Source: Malacoraja senta
Lineage: Eukaryota
Length of the DNA stretch: 64,000 nt
Assembly: GCA_038087875.1 (NCBI GenBank)
Contig: CM075978.1
Location: forward strand, 24,552,001-24,616,000
Direction: 5' to 3'
Both the position numbers and the translations under genes were made by a program. Shown here piece by piece: positions 1-12,639 of this stretch. The notes under the pieces were generated by a model, which was not told the DNA's origin, did not search any database, and saw only the letters and a list, made by a program, of their open reading frames with translations. Position 1 is the stretch's first letter, and each line of letters begins with the position of its first letter.

Positions 1-2659
1 TGAATTTATAGCTGTTCCAAGTGTACGAACCCTGCTCCTAGAATGAACATTGAATTCTTTAAATTTAGGTAACTGCCAAACCCCCCCCCCCCCCCCCCCC
101 ACATTGCTTCCTCTTGCATCATAATTCGTAGTTCTTCAATCTTTTTGTCTCCCACCTTCTGTCATTTCACCTCTGGCCTTTGTCCAACCACCTATCAACC
201 GTATCTGCCTATTATTTGTCAGTCCTTTTCCTGCCCCACCTCTCTTCCAGCATTCCTCAATCCCACACCCCACCACAATCAGTCTGAAGAAGGGTCCCAG
301 ACCCAAAAATCACCTGTCCATATTCTCCAGAGATGATGCCTGACATGCTGAGTCACTCCGGCACTTTGTGTCTTTTCTCATCTATCTTTACTGTCAAAGT
401 AAATAAATTTATAATCTATTTACTTGTTCTTAGATTATATGCCAGTTGCAACTGTCTTGATCATTCACTTAAGTTGATTTATTTTCCTTTGTTGCCTCCT
501 CGCCTTCCTACTTAGCTAGTTATTGTCAGAAAACTTAAGACATATACAGCTGTGAGCCTGATCTTTTGAGCATTCCATTCAAAACAGCCTAGCAGCCTCA
601 AAAAACCTATTTAATCCTATTTCTAATGCTCTTTAGACAATCTTCTCTGCATGCTGATATGTCTACGTCTGTCTGTTTGGCTTATAGAAGCATACCTGTT
701 GGCTACAACCCTATCCTCGCACACTTTGCACTGGACTTCTGCCACTAATTAAGCTTTCCAGTGACTTCCTGGGTGCTCCTCCAAAATATTGTGTGGTTAT
801 TTCCCAAGTGTTAGGGAAGAATTTTCAAAGAACTAATCTGCATCAGTTATGTTGTGATATTGATTGGGTTATCTGAGGTAGGTGTAAACCATATGAAGAA
901 ATGTTCAATTTTTCACTTCTTGAAAGGATGAATTGAATATACATTGATGCAGGAGTAACCTACTGATCCAAACAATAGGACTTTATTGAACCATCTACAC
1001 TACAGCAAAGAGTAAGCTTACAGATTCTGGAGTTCTTTATGAACCAATAAATCGTATTCAACATGTTCTGATACCATTTTTATGGCAGAATATAATGAGT
1101 AGGGTTTAATTAGACACAACTTCATTGTACATTCAGTTTACTAAATCATCATTTTGGGAGGGAGTCATAGAATTACCATATGAAGCTAAAAATAAAAATA
1201 ACATATTTGCAGCATTATATTCATTTCTATATCCAATTAAGTATATATTTCAATTGCAGTTAGCACAATATTGTGAGATATTGGGATATCGTACAGGTAG
1301 ATACCAGTTTGTCATTTTTTATGTGGGTTGTGGATTAGACTGACTAAAGTGAAGTTTTGCAGAATTTGATCTTATGATTTCCTGTTTGAATGTGAAATAC
1401 TTTTGGAGAGAAGAACAGCCTGTCTTGTGGTCATCGACATGGCAAGAACCCTTACTGCAGATTTCAGTTTAAAATCTGGGCACTTATCTCCAGTGATTTT
1501 CTGTGAATGAACTTGACAGTCATTGGGAGACAACATGCTGGACAAAGATAACAGCATGGTATTTGACATTGTAGATCATAGACCATTACGAGTAGGGTTA
1601 TGTAGGACAGTCAAAGCCAACCCCATTCTCAAAATTTCAACAACAAAAAACAGTGATCTAACAACCTTTAAACCCACCAACCAGCTCCATACATGCACAT
1701 GTTCTGCTTCTGGGAGTTGATGTTTAACCACATATAGTTTTTTTGTCAGTTACATGGTGATTTGATTGCTAGTTCTAGTAATCTTGCTGTTATTACAAAC
1801 ACAAAATCCAGATAAATGTTCCAACTGACCTGCTTAAAGTTTAAGCTTTTAGAAACATTATGGAGTTTGAAAATTCAAATATTAAAGATGTTAAAATTGG
1901 GAGGAATAATATGTTTATTATTATTATAATAATATAATTGAAATGATGGAGGCAGAAGGCTTTGGATGAGAACAGATCTTTGAAGGTGGCAGGGGAAATT
2001 AATGATGTGGTTAGTAAAGTGCTTGGAATATTAGTCTTGCAAAGAGTCTCATTAAATAAAAAAAGTATCAGGCTAAATTTTTATAAATTGCTGTTTACAC
2101 ATCAGTTGGAGCATTGATCTGGATTTTATGTTTGTAATAACAGCAAAACTATTAGGACTAACAATCAAATCACCATTCATTAAAACTGCTATTGGTGATT
2201 TCCTTTATTTCTTCCATTTATTAGACATGAATATGAGATCAGAGAAACTGCCAGAGAAGTTTACAACGCCAGTTATATCGCCAACAGCTTCAATATTGTG
2301 TCAATTTCTGGTCATCTTTGTGTAGGGGAAATGTAAGATGGTGTAGAAGAGATTTATAAGGGTAATGCCTGGATTTTAGCTACAAGGAGGATTGATTTGG
2401 TTGGAAATGCTATCTCTGGACAGAAGCTAAAGGGAGACTTAATTGAGATGAATTAAAATAAGACACCTGGAATGAGTAAATAAGAAGGTAGATAATGCTG
2501 GAGAAACTCAGCGGGTGAGGCAGCATCTATGGAGCGAAGGAATAGGTGACGTTTTGAGTCGAGACCTTTCTAAGAAGGATCACATTCCTTAGCCCAGGGA
2601 TCAAAAACCAGGGAGCATTCGTTTGTGGGAAATTGCCAGATGCTGTTTTAAACGGAAGA

Positions 2660-2833
2660 TGGACACAAAACGCTGGAGTAACTCAGTGGGTCAGACGGCA
2701 TCTCTGGAGAAAAGGAATAGGTGACTTTCGGGTCGAGACCCTTCTTCAGACTTTTGACCAGTCTGAAGAAAAGTCTTGACCCAAAACGTCATCTATTCCT
2801 TTTCTCCAGTGATGCTGTCTGACCTGCTGAGCA
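2660..2833. repeat. Inverted pair of Penelope pLTR segments, each with a hammerhead-like motif
   Basis: ~80-bp arms around the spacer TTTGACC; minus-strand motif CTGAAGA-AGGGTCTCGACCC-GAAA-GTC at 2749-2723. Confidence 0.8.
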
Positions 2834-3711
2834 TTCATTTAATATAGATGGTAGGATGATTTGAGGAGAGAATGTTTCCACTGGCGGGAAAGTCTAGGAC
2901 CAGAGGCCATAGGCTCAGAATAAATGGCCGTAATTTTCGAAAGATGAGGAATTTCTTCAGTCGGGGTAGTGAATCTGTGGAATTCATTTCCACAAACGGC
3001 TGTGAAGGCCAAGTCAATGATATTTTGGCGTAGGTTCTTGATTAGTAAGGGGGTCAAGGGTTATGGGGGAAAAGGCGAAAAAGGAAAGATAGATCGGCTG
3101 TGATTGAATGGCGGAGTAGACTTGATGGGCCAAATGGTCTAATTCTGTTCCTTGAACTTATGACTTGACTACATTGTCATTGCAAACTTGTTTTCCCTTA
3201 TCTAGACTTGGGTGACATAATCAATAACCCAAACTTAGGTGACATAATCAATAACTTCTGTGAAAATGTGGTCTGGCCTTGATATTGATGGTCTTGATAT
3301 CAGGAACACAAACTATTACTTTAAGTTCTAAGACCATATATGGATGCTTACGAGAAATGTTGATTCATCATTCTTCCAATTGTTGTAGATTATAATTTCC
3401 TCTCGGAGTACAATACCTTGACTATTATTAAAACATCATGGGGTTAATATTTTTGTGCCGTGACTACCTGGTTCTGTGTAACTATTGGCTTACTAATTAA
3501 CTCATAACATTCAACACGCTAATCATCCAAAACTCCAACCTGGACGCCTTAATGTTTGGTTGAAAAGTCTGTAGCATAAGATTGCCATTAAACTGAATGC
3601 GGATAGGTCCGTTGGAAGTTGGAATGAGAGTATGGTCAAAGGTAATCTCCAGGATATTAACGAAGCGGGATCTGTGATGGTGATCCATTGAATGTCAAAA
3701 GTGGATTGTTA

Positions 3712-4197
3712 TGGGCCTGTCCCACTTAGGCGACTTTTTGGGCGACTGCAAGAGACTATGTAGTCGCCACATGGTTGCCATATGTTTGCGGGTGGTTGCC
3801 GGGTAGTTGCCTTCATGGTCGTGAGGAGTTCCCGCATTCTGGGAACTAGTCGCGGCCTCATTATGGCCGCCGCGATTTTTTGAACATGTTTGAAAAATTA
3901 GCGCCGACTAGAATGAAGCCGCCATGGAGAGTAGTGAGATTTCTCGTGCCGTAGGTTGGTCGCCAGGAGGTCCTAGTGGGTTGCCAGAAGGTTAAAGGTT
4001 CTCATAGATTGTAGCCAATGCTGACCTGTGAATTTCATTGATTCATTGGAGAAAATAAAACGTAAGAGTGGTTTTCAGAACCAAGTATAATTAAATGTCC
4101 GCCGGAGCTTCACGGCCGTGTATCTCTGGCTTATTACAAGTTGTCCAGTTGCCGGTTTTTCAGTCACCTGAAAAATTGCCTAAGTGGGACAAGCCCA
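3712..4197. mobile_element. PIF/Harbinger-type MITE
   Basis: TIR TGGGC(C/T)TGTCCCACTTAGGC; 3-bp TTA TSD at 3709-3711 and 4198-4200. Confidence 0.88.
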
Positions 4198-4227
4198 TTA
4201 GACTCTTGGTGGGGATGGTCATTGTCT

Positions 4228-5224
4228 TAGAAACATAGAAAATAGGTGCAGGAATAGGCTATTCAATCCTTCGAGCCAGCACCGCCATTCAATATGATCA
4301 TGGCTGATAAATCAGAATCAGTACCCTGTTCCTGCTTTCTCCCCCTGTCCCTTGATTCTGTTAGCTCTAAGAGCTATATCCAACTCTCTCTTGAATGCAC
4401 CCAGTGAATTGGCCTCCACTGCCTTCTGTGGCAGAGAATTCCACAGCTTCACAACTCTCTGGGTGAAAAAGATATTCAACATCTTAGTCCTAATTGGACT
4501 ACTGCTTATTCTTAAACTGTGACCCCTGGTTCTTAAACTGTGACCCCCTGGTTCTGGACTCCCCCAACATCAACATTTTTCCTGCATCTAGCCTGTCCAA
4601 TCCCTTAAGAATGTTATATTTCTATCCCCTCTCATCCTTCTAAATTCCAGTGAATATAAGCCTAGTCGATCCATTCTTTCATCTAATGTCAGTCCCGGCA
4701 TCCCGGAAATTAACCTGGTGAACCTACACTGCACTCCCTCAATAGCACGAATGTCCTTCCTCAAACTAGGAGACCAAAACTGCACACAATACTCCAGGTG
4801 TAGTTTCACCAGGGCCCTGTGCAACTGCAGTTGGACCTCCTTGCTCCTATACTCAAATTTTCTTGCAATGAAGGCAAACATGCCATTTGCTTCCTCACTT
4901 GCCTGCTGTGCCTGCATGATTACCTTCAGTTATTGATGTACAAGGACACCTAGGTCTCGTTGCACCTCCCCTTTTCCTAATCTGACACCATTCAGATTAT
5001 AATCTGCCTTCTTGTTCTTGCCACCAAAGTGGATAACCTCGCATGTATCCACATTATACTGCATTTGCCCACTCACCCAACCTATCCAAGTCGCCCTGCT
5101 GCCTCACAACTCCCACCTCGCAGCTCACACTGCCATCCAGCTTTGTGTCATTCGCAGAATTGGAGATGTTACATTTAATTCCTTCGTCCAAATCGTTAAT
5201 ATATATTGTAAATAACTGAGGTCC
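4228..5224 (-). mobile_element. CR1 3' fragment running into an assembly gap
   Basis: LEYCVQFWSP and RLGLYSLE motifs; AGAAACATAGAAAATAGG tail. Confidence 0.9.
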
Positions 5225-5424
5225 NNNNNNNNNNNNNNNNNNNNNNNNNNNNNNNNNNNNNNNNNNNNNNNNNNNNNNNNNNNNNNNNNNNNNNNNNNNN
5301 NNNNNNNNNNNNNNNNNNNNNNNNNNNNNNNNNNNNNNNNNNNNNNNNNNNNNNNNNNNNNNNNNNNNNNNNNNNNNNNNNNNNNNNNNNNNNNNNNNNN
5401 NNNNNNNNNNNNNNNNNNNNNNNN
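5225..5424. other. Assembly gap (200 N, true size unknown)
   Basis: Run of N; the two sides belong to unrelated elements. Confidence 1.
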
Positions 5425-6072
5425 CATCGTCCTCCCCTCACCCATTCCCTGCCCCAGCACCTACCCAGGTCATAGAGCAGCGCCAGGGCCTGGAACTCGG
5501 CCTGGTTCTCGTAGTCGGCCCGGCCCTGGCTGTTGGCGACCGAAGCATTCGAGGACCTGACTCTTGACGGAGCCGGGCTTGCTGTGCCGAGGGTGGGATG
5601 AGGGTGGCGGATGGCCGAGCCAGAGCTGCCCACAGAGCAGGAAGCAGAGGCTGTGCACCAGGATGGCGGCGGCCCCCGAGATGCTGGCACACCTTGACCA
5701 GGCCCCGGGCTTGGGCACAACTCCAGCCCTCAGCTCGGCCGCCGCCTGGGATCCAGTCCAGGCCCCGACCGCCCCATTCAGTGCGTCGATGGTGCCCCGG
5801 CGACGCCCCTTCCTGATTGACAGGAGTGGAGACCAATCTGCGTGGCAGTGACTGACAGCAATCTGTGCATGCGGTTTTTTAAAAACCATTTTAAAACCTT
5901 AATAACTTTTACAATATACCATTGATCGGAACGAAACTTGTTGCACTCACAGCACAGGCGAACGGTGAGCAAGCAGGCGAAAAATCGGAGTGCTATCACG
6001 TACCGTTTCTGCGCAAATAGAAAAACCGCGCAAACCGGAAGAGCACAAGATCAGAGTTTTAGTTATGTATAG
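5425..6072 (-). mobile_element. Non-autonomous Helitron (3' end lost in gap) with SAC3D1-like cargo
   Basis: 5815-6072 is homologous to 52720-52960 (5' terminal block GAGCACAAGATCAGAGTTTTAGTTAT). Confidence 0.8.
5465..5700 (-). pseudogene. Captured, frameshifted SAC3D1-like (SAC3/GANP domain) exon fragment ending at a phase-1 donor G|GTAGGT
   Basis: Translates across one frameshift as AAILVHSLCFLLCGQLWLG...SVKSQVLECFG / QGRADYENQAEFQALALLYDLG, resembling the SAC3D1 'Q.CF..L..CY......Q..FQ.L.LLYNLG' block (from memory). Confidence 0.55.
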
Positions 6073-8591
6073 CTGACTCCCACGTACACAACTTGCTGAC
6101 TATCTCCTAATCAGCCCTGGTCCATCTAAATGCGTGTATATCTTATCCCTCAGAATACTCTCTAGTAACTTTCCAACCACAGAATATTCTCAAGTCACTT
6201 TCCAACCACAAAGGAGGAAAGGAAATTCACCAGGATGCTGCTTTCGATGGAGCATTTCAGTTATGAGGAGAGACTGGAGAAGCTAGGATTATTCTCTATT
6301 GAGCAGGTTGTTAAAAGCAGACATAATTGCGTTACATAAAACTATGAAGAATACAGATGGGGAAGACGATAGGAAACTGCTCCCCAGTGATAGATAAAAC
6401 TAGAGGATATAGTTCTAGGGTAAGGGGGAAGAGATGTAGAAGGAATATGGGAAGGAGGTTCTTCACCCAGAGACAATTAAATACCTACTATGCACTGCTT
6501 GAGAGAATGGTTGAAGTTGGGCTGCTCTCAGAATTTGTGTTTGTACGAGCATTAGAATCATTCAGGCAAGGGGAGGTATAGATCAAGGGGTAAGATTGGA
6601 TTCATCTAGAAGCGTGCTTTGGATTAACCTAGAGGTAGGCATGGACAAGTTGGGCAGAATGGCCTTTTCCATTCTGTGCGGTTTTATGAAAGACATGTTG
6701 GTTAATTAACCATTAATCTGTAGATGAGTGATGGAATCATGAAGGAGTTCCTGGGAATGTGGGAAGAATTTAAAAATAGATTGGATGGGTATATGGACGG
6801 GAAAGGAATGGAGGGTTATGGTCTGAGTGCAGGTAGATGGGACTAGGGGGAAGTATTTTATTTTTAATAAAAAAAAATTAAAAAAAAATTAATGTTCGGC
6901 ACGGACTTGAAGGGCCGAGATGGCCTGTTTCCGTGCTGTTATGGTTATATGGTTATATGGTTATATGGTTATATAATGAAATGTGATTAATTTAAGAATA
7001 GTGTCAAATGGTGGCTAGATGGTTGGTGTATACTCCGTGGGTTTAAGGACCGATTTCCATGCTGTGAGACTCTAAATCAATATGTTAGTTCAAAATTATA
7101 TTTGAGTTTAAGCCTTTACATAGTTGCTTGATTCAGCAGTCAGGAATTTCCAGGAGTCTGAAAGCTAACATTAAGATGAATAAGGGACTGTTCGTAATTT
7201 TAATCTGCCTCTGTGACTCAGACCAACAGAAGCCACAGTAAATTGTTTTTAGTGAGCAAAATAAAGGACTCAATTGAGAAAATAACTTTATAGTTTTGCA
7301 GGCTTAGCAACAGCAATCTTTAAGCGAAGAAGTAGAAACCCTACCTTGTCAGACTCAATTTGAAATGGTATAATTTATTGAAGCAGTATCTTACAAATAT
7401 TCCCGTTCAACTCAGTATTCAGGCTATTATAACTATTTTGTTATTGAATACTTTTTCATGCATTCTGCCTTCCTTAATTCTGCTCCTATCCTAGACCCAG
7501 TATCATGACATCATTTTTAGATATGCTACTGTCCTTGTAATTAATCAGGTAAGAGAAATACAGAGATTATTTTGACTTTCACAAAGTGCATTGGAGACAC
7601 AAGAAACTGCAGATGCTGGAATTTGGAACAAAAATTAAAAAGCTGGAGGATCTCAGTGGGTCAAGCAGTATCCATGGTTTATCACTTTAAAGCCTCTACC
7701 TCCCCTCCCCATTGCCACCTGGCTCCATCTACCCATTATCTCCCTCCTTACCCTGGTTCTATCTATCGCCTGCTACCCCCTGCTTCACCCCTCCCTCTCA
7801 TCTCATTATACAGGCTATCTCCCCTCCACACTCTCAGTTCTAATACAGGGTCTTGTTCCAAAACATCAACTATCCATTTGCCTCCAGAGATGTTGCCTGA
7901 CCCGCTGAGTTCCTCGAGCAGTTTATTTTTTGCTCCAAAAATCTATTTTGGACCCCTTCCCATTTCTCCTCCAGATTCTGCACCTCAACAACATCAGCAA
8001 AAAAATAAATGCTGGGTTTCACATGTACTTTTGTATCAGCCAGTTCTACTACATGCTTGTGACATCTCCACTCTTTCTAATTTGTCACACTGAGGATGTC
8101 CAGAAATTCTAACTAACCTTTTGAAAGACTAAAATCTTTGTCTTCTACCTTAATTCACCTCAATTCTTTGAGGTATACCAAACTTTTTACACACTGAAAT
8201 CTAATCAGATCCTGACAACATTTGCCAATAACATATATTATTTTGCCAACTCTTCTATCTTCCCTGGATTCAAAACCACTTTCGTTCATCCAGTTATAAA
8301 TCCTGTCATGACTATTCCCACAATTTTGATCAGCTTCACATCTTCCACCTTTCAATCAATTTGAATTTACCTATTCAGCCTTCATTCCTAGATTTATACT
8401 AGACTAAGTGGGACCCGTTGGGTCCCATGTTCACATGGGAGGGCTGGTCCCCCAACGCAATATTCCACCTCTCCACCAATTCCAATATTGGTGGCCAGTG
8501 GGGGGGCTTTCTGGAGTGCTAGTATGGGTGTGGGCCGAAGGGACTGGGTTCCAGAGGGCTAGTATGGACATTGTGAGCTGAATGGATTCTT

Positions 8592-8757
8592 GGGCTGGCA
8601 GCTCAGTCACTCAGGCCTGGTGGGCTGGCACTCAGTCACTCAGGCCTGGTAGGCTGGCAGCTCAGTCACTCAGGCCTGGTGGGCTGGCAGCTCAGTCACT
8701 CAGGCCTGGTGTGCTGGTAGCTCAGTCACTCAGGGCTGGTGGGCTGGCAGTTCACTC
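8592..8757. repeat. 30-bp minisatellite GGGCTGGCAGCTCAGTCACTCAGGCCTGGT, ~5.5 copies
   Basis: Direct tandem copies. Confidence 0.95.
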
Positions 8758-8774
8758 ACGACTATTCTTTGAAA

Positions 8775-9207
8775 TTCCATTTCAAGCAGAGTGCAGGCCA
8801 CCAAATCCAAATGCAATTTCATACCATTTCAAGCAGAGTGCAGGACACCAAATTCACATGCAATTTCATACCATTTCAAGCAGAGTGCAGGCCACCAAAT
8901 CCAAATGCAATTTAATACCATTTATAGCAGAGTGCAGGCCACCAAATCCAAATGCAATTTCATATCATTTCAAGCAGAGTGCAGGCCACCATATTCAAAT
9001 GCAATTTCATACAATTTCAAGCAGAGTGCATGCCACCAAATTCAAATACAATTTCATACCATTTCAAGCAGAGTGCAGGCCACCAAATTCAAATGCAATT
9101 TCATACCATTTCAAGCAGAGTGCAGGCCACCAAATTCAAATGCAATTTCATACCATTTCAAACAGAGTGCATGCCACCAAATTCAAATACAATTTCATAC
9201 CATTTCA
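8775..9207. repeat. 47-bp minisatellite TTCAAGCAGAGTGCAGGCCACCAAATYCAAATGCAATTTCATACCAT, ~9 copies
   Basis: Unit starts at 8781, 8828, 8875 and so on. Confidence 0.95.
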
Positions 9208-11552
9208 CTGGAAGGGGTGCTACCTTCATCGTGGTGATTGACAGGCGAGAGGACCAATCAGCTGATCTCAAGATTTTTTTAATATTCATAACTTTTTTAA
9301 TTTTCATCGATGGGAAAAATCCTTGGGGCTGCCTCAGCAGAAGAGGATTGAGAGTAAGATGGCCAAAAATCATAGCGATATATAGTAGCGTTTTTTCTTA
9401 AATCAATATACATCGCAAACAGGAAGTGGTCAAGATGAGACTTTTAGTTATATATAGATATGGCTTGCATTTCTAAAACAGTTCAACTTTAAAATTCTCA
9501 TTCTTGTTTTCAACTCCCTGCATGGGTTCACACCTCCCTAAATCTATAACTTTCTCCAGTTCTATAACCTTAACATCTCCTGCACTCCTTAATTTCTGGT
9601 CTTTTGTGCACACGGTTAGAATTGTTCCACTGTGTTCAATTATTAGGAAATAGAATAAAGTAACCCAGAGAGAGGCCCTCCGGCCCACAATATCCATGCC
9701 GAACATGATGTCAGGTTAAACTAATATCTGCCTTCACATAATCGATATCCCTCCATTTGCTGCATATCAATGTCGTATAAGCCTCCACTGCCACCTCTGG
9801 CACCTCATTCGATGCACCCACTGTGTTCTGTGTAAAAAAAGTTGCCTTGCACATCTCCTTTAAACTTTGAACCTCTCACGTTAAAGTGATGTCTTGTTGT
9901 GCTTGACATTTCAGCCTGGGAAAAGGATTCTGACTATCTACCTATCTATGCCCTTCATAATTTTATATGCTTCTATTAAGCTTCTATACCTCAACCTCGG
10001 ATATTTCAGAGAAAACAATCCAGGTTTGTCCAATGTCTCCTTATAGGTAATAACCTCTAATTTAGGCAGCTTTCTGGATTCTACCTCTTCTGCACTGTCT
10101 CCAAAGCCTCAATATCCTTCTTGTCATGAGGTTAGAACCACACCACATTGGAGTCTAACCAATTGCAGCCTAACCAAAGTTCTATAAAACTGCAACGTGA
10201 CTTCCGAACACTTACACTCACTACATTGATGTAGCCAAGCATACAATACACCTTCTTTGCCATTCAATCTACTTGTGCTGCCACTTTCAAGGAGCAATGG
10301 ACTTGGACCCCAAGATCACTCTATACGTCAGCACTGTTAATGGTCTTTCTGTTAACTGTATATTTTCCCGTTGCATTTGACCTCCCAAAGTGCAACACCT
10401 TACACTTGGGCATTAGAATCGCATTTTTAATTTTTCTGCCTCTCTTTACTTTCTACTTCTTCTCTGGTTGTACCTCAAGATTGAAGATGAGCATGGATTC
10501 AGAGGTGGCTGCTCAAGCAAATGTGGAAAATGCAGATACTTTCACAGATAGTACTTTTCCCAGGGGAATCAATAACTAAAGGGCATAGGTTAAGGTATTA
10601 GGGTAAAGATTTCATAGGAACCTGAGGGATTTTTTTTCCACACAGGGTGGTGCTTATGTCGAATGAGCTCCCATAGGAAGTGGTTGAGGCAGCTACAATT
10701 ACTATATTTAAGGGACATGTGGACAAGTACATGAATAGGAAAGGGTTGCAGGGTTAAGGGCCAAACGTAGACAAATGTGACTACGCCAAGGGCATATTGG
10801 TTGACGTGGACAAGTTGGGCTGAAGGGACTGTTTCCCTGCTGAATGATTTCATGTGGGTTTCCTCCTCAAGACAAACTGGCAAGTTATTCAGCTATTGGG
10901 CCATTCTTTGGAAAGTGAACCAGAATGTCACACACGTTACCAAGTGGCATCACATAAAGTAATACATTAAAAAATGATTGTAAGAGATTAATCTTATTCA
11001 TTGCTATTTTCCTACCTACAGAACTATAATGCATGTCTGCTAAAGATATGAACATCCTAGTTTTTTTTTAATTCACAAGGGTTTGTGAGATAAAACTGAG
11101 TTTTGAAAAAAAATGCTTCTGTGTGAGGTCACACACGTGACCAGTCATATTTGACCTCTGACCCTAAACAAACATTGTCAGCATAACATAAATATTTCAC
11201 TTGATAATTTTCAAAAAAAATATGAATCATATATACAGTACAAAACAATATACCTGTAATGTTTCAGAATTAGAAGAGATGTATTCCATAATTTTTCATA
11301 TTTTTGGTCACACATGTGACCACTGTAAATTGTCCATGTGAAGAAAAATCGAGATGAGAGAATACAGGAGCAATAAGTGGAGGAATGGTACTGATTTTAA
11401 TGCTCAGACAACCAGCAGCACGAGAAACGACCAGAACATGAGTGAAAAAATAACCTTGGGTTATGTGCTCACCAGCACAACAACCCTCTAAACCTGTCCC
11501 ACAATTTAATTCACATCTAAACATAATTTTCAAGATGTTGGCTACCTGAAAG

Positions 11553-12053
11553 GTTGTCTGGTTCTGGTTGATTACTCCACAAACACCTCCTAAGTGGTCA
11601 TCTCGCGCATGTCGGAGTGAGTAGAGTAGCGATTAAATTTTGAAGTGGGCCTTTTTGACCAAGTTGAGGAGTTCTAGTTGCTCAATCCTCTTTTTAAATG
11701 ACTTAACACCGGGAGCAGCGCGTGTGTTGGGTGGTAACCTATTCCATTCCCTTATCATCCTTGGGTAAAGGGAATATTGGTAGCAAAGTTTATTGACATT
11801 TAGCGAGTTGATGATGCAGGGACCGTTATTTTGTCTTGTTTCATGGCAGTTGGTGCTCTGGGATGACGGAAGATTTGATAGCGTGATTTTGTGAATCTCC
11901 TTGTAAATTGCAATAAGTCTTAGCCTAATTCTGCGGAGCTCTAGGGTATCCCATCGGAGAGAAGTCAGCATGTTATTCACGCTTGATTTGCGCTTGTAGT
12001 CATTACATACAAAGCGGGCTGCTCGGCGTTGTACTTTCTCCAGGGTGATCTTG
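11553..12053 (-). mobile_element. 3' end of a distinct CR1/L2-group LINE (Daphne/Crack-like)
   Basis: Open frame LEKVQRRAARFVCNDY...LRWDTLELRR...YSLYPRMIREWNRLP*, short 3'UTR and (AACCAG)n-like tail. Confidence 0.75.
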
Positions 12054-12339
12054 TTTTCTGTTTCTCTCCTAAAGATGTCGTTTCTCTCACTAGTTCCTGT
12101 TTTATTTAAAATGCTCCATTGGTCATAGAGCACTCTAGTCACGGATGGTGAAAAGGCTATAAATACACAACAGCTCTCGGCACAATTCCTTTCACCCACG
12201 TATTACCCTGTACTATTCTAACCTACAATCAGGTATTTTCCAGTTGCCAATTTACCTCCGAACCAGACGCAAGTATTACATTTTACTTTCCAGTTCTATC
12301 ATGCAAAACCGGTTAAACCGAGATTAATAAAATAGGTAG

Positions 12340-12620
12340 GAAGGAACTGCAGGTGCTGGTTTACATTGAAGATAGACATAAAATGTTGGAGTAACTCAGC
12401 GGGACAGGCAACATCTCTGGAGAGAAGGAATGGGTGACGTTTCGGCTCGAGACTTCTTTGGGCTTTGAAGAAGGGTCTCGACCCGAAACATCACCCATTC
12501 CTTCTTTCCAAGATCAATTCTTCATGTCTCCTTCACCACGCCTGAATTTTTTCCCTACTTTCCATCCGTAATCCCACCCCTGTCCCGCTGAGTTACTCCA
12601 GCATGTTACGTTTATCTTCA
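12340..12620. repeat. Inverted Penelope pLTR pair just upstream of the LGALS3 promoter
   Basis: GGAGTAACTCAGCGGGACA ... TGTCCCGCTGAGTTACTCC arms; central TTGAAGAAGGGTCTCGACCCGAAACATC at 12465-12492. Confidence 0.8.
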
Positions 12621-12639
12621 TTATTTAAACAGGGGCATG

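Larger units (their letters stand above)
8399..9458 (-). mobile_element. Non-autonomous Helitron carrying two minisatellites
   Basis: Minus-strand 5' TCTATATATAACTAAAAG; 3' hairpin GGGACCC-AAC-GGGTCCC then CTAG; inserted between A and T with no TSD. Confidence 0.85.

Noticed and set aside
5125-5460. ORFs spanning N runs (also 33310-33848)
   Set aside because: Artefacts of translating through gaps.
7572-8093. 173-aa Pro/Ser-rich ORF
   Set aside because: Overlaps a decayed Penelope pLTR / C-rich remnant; non-ATG start and no motif.
8775-9207. CRISPR-like regular repeats
   Set aside because: Head-to-tail tandem units with no unique spacers, in a vertebrate context.
8582-9401. Three overlapping 150-220 aa ORFs
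   Set aside because: Translations of the 30-bp and 47-bp minisatellites.
11110-11325. Two palindromic GGTCACAC(A)YGTGACC motifs
   Set aside because: Probably subterminal motifs of an old DNA transposon; no TIR or TSD could be defined.
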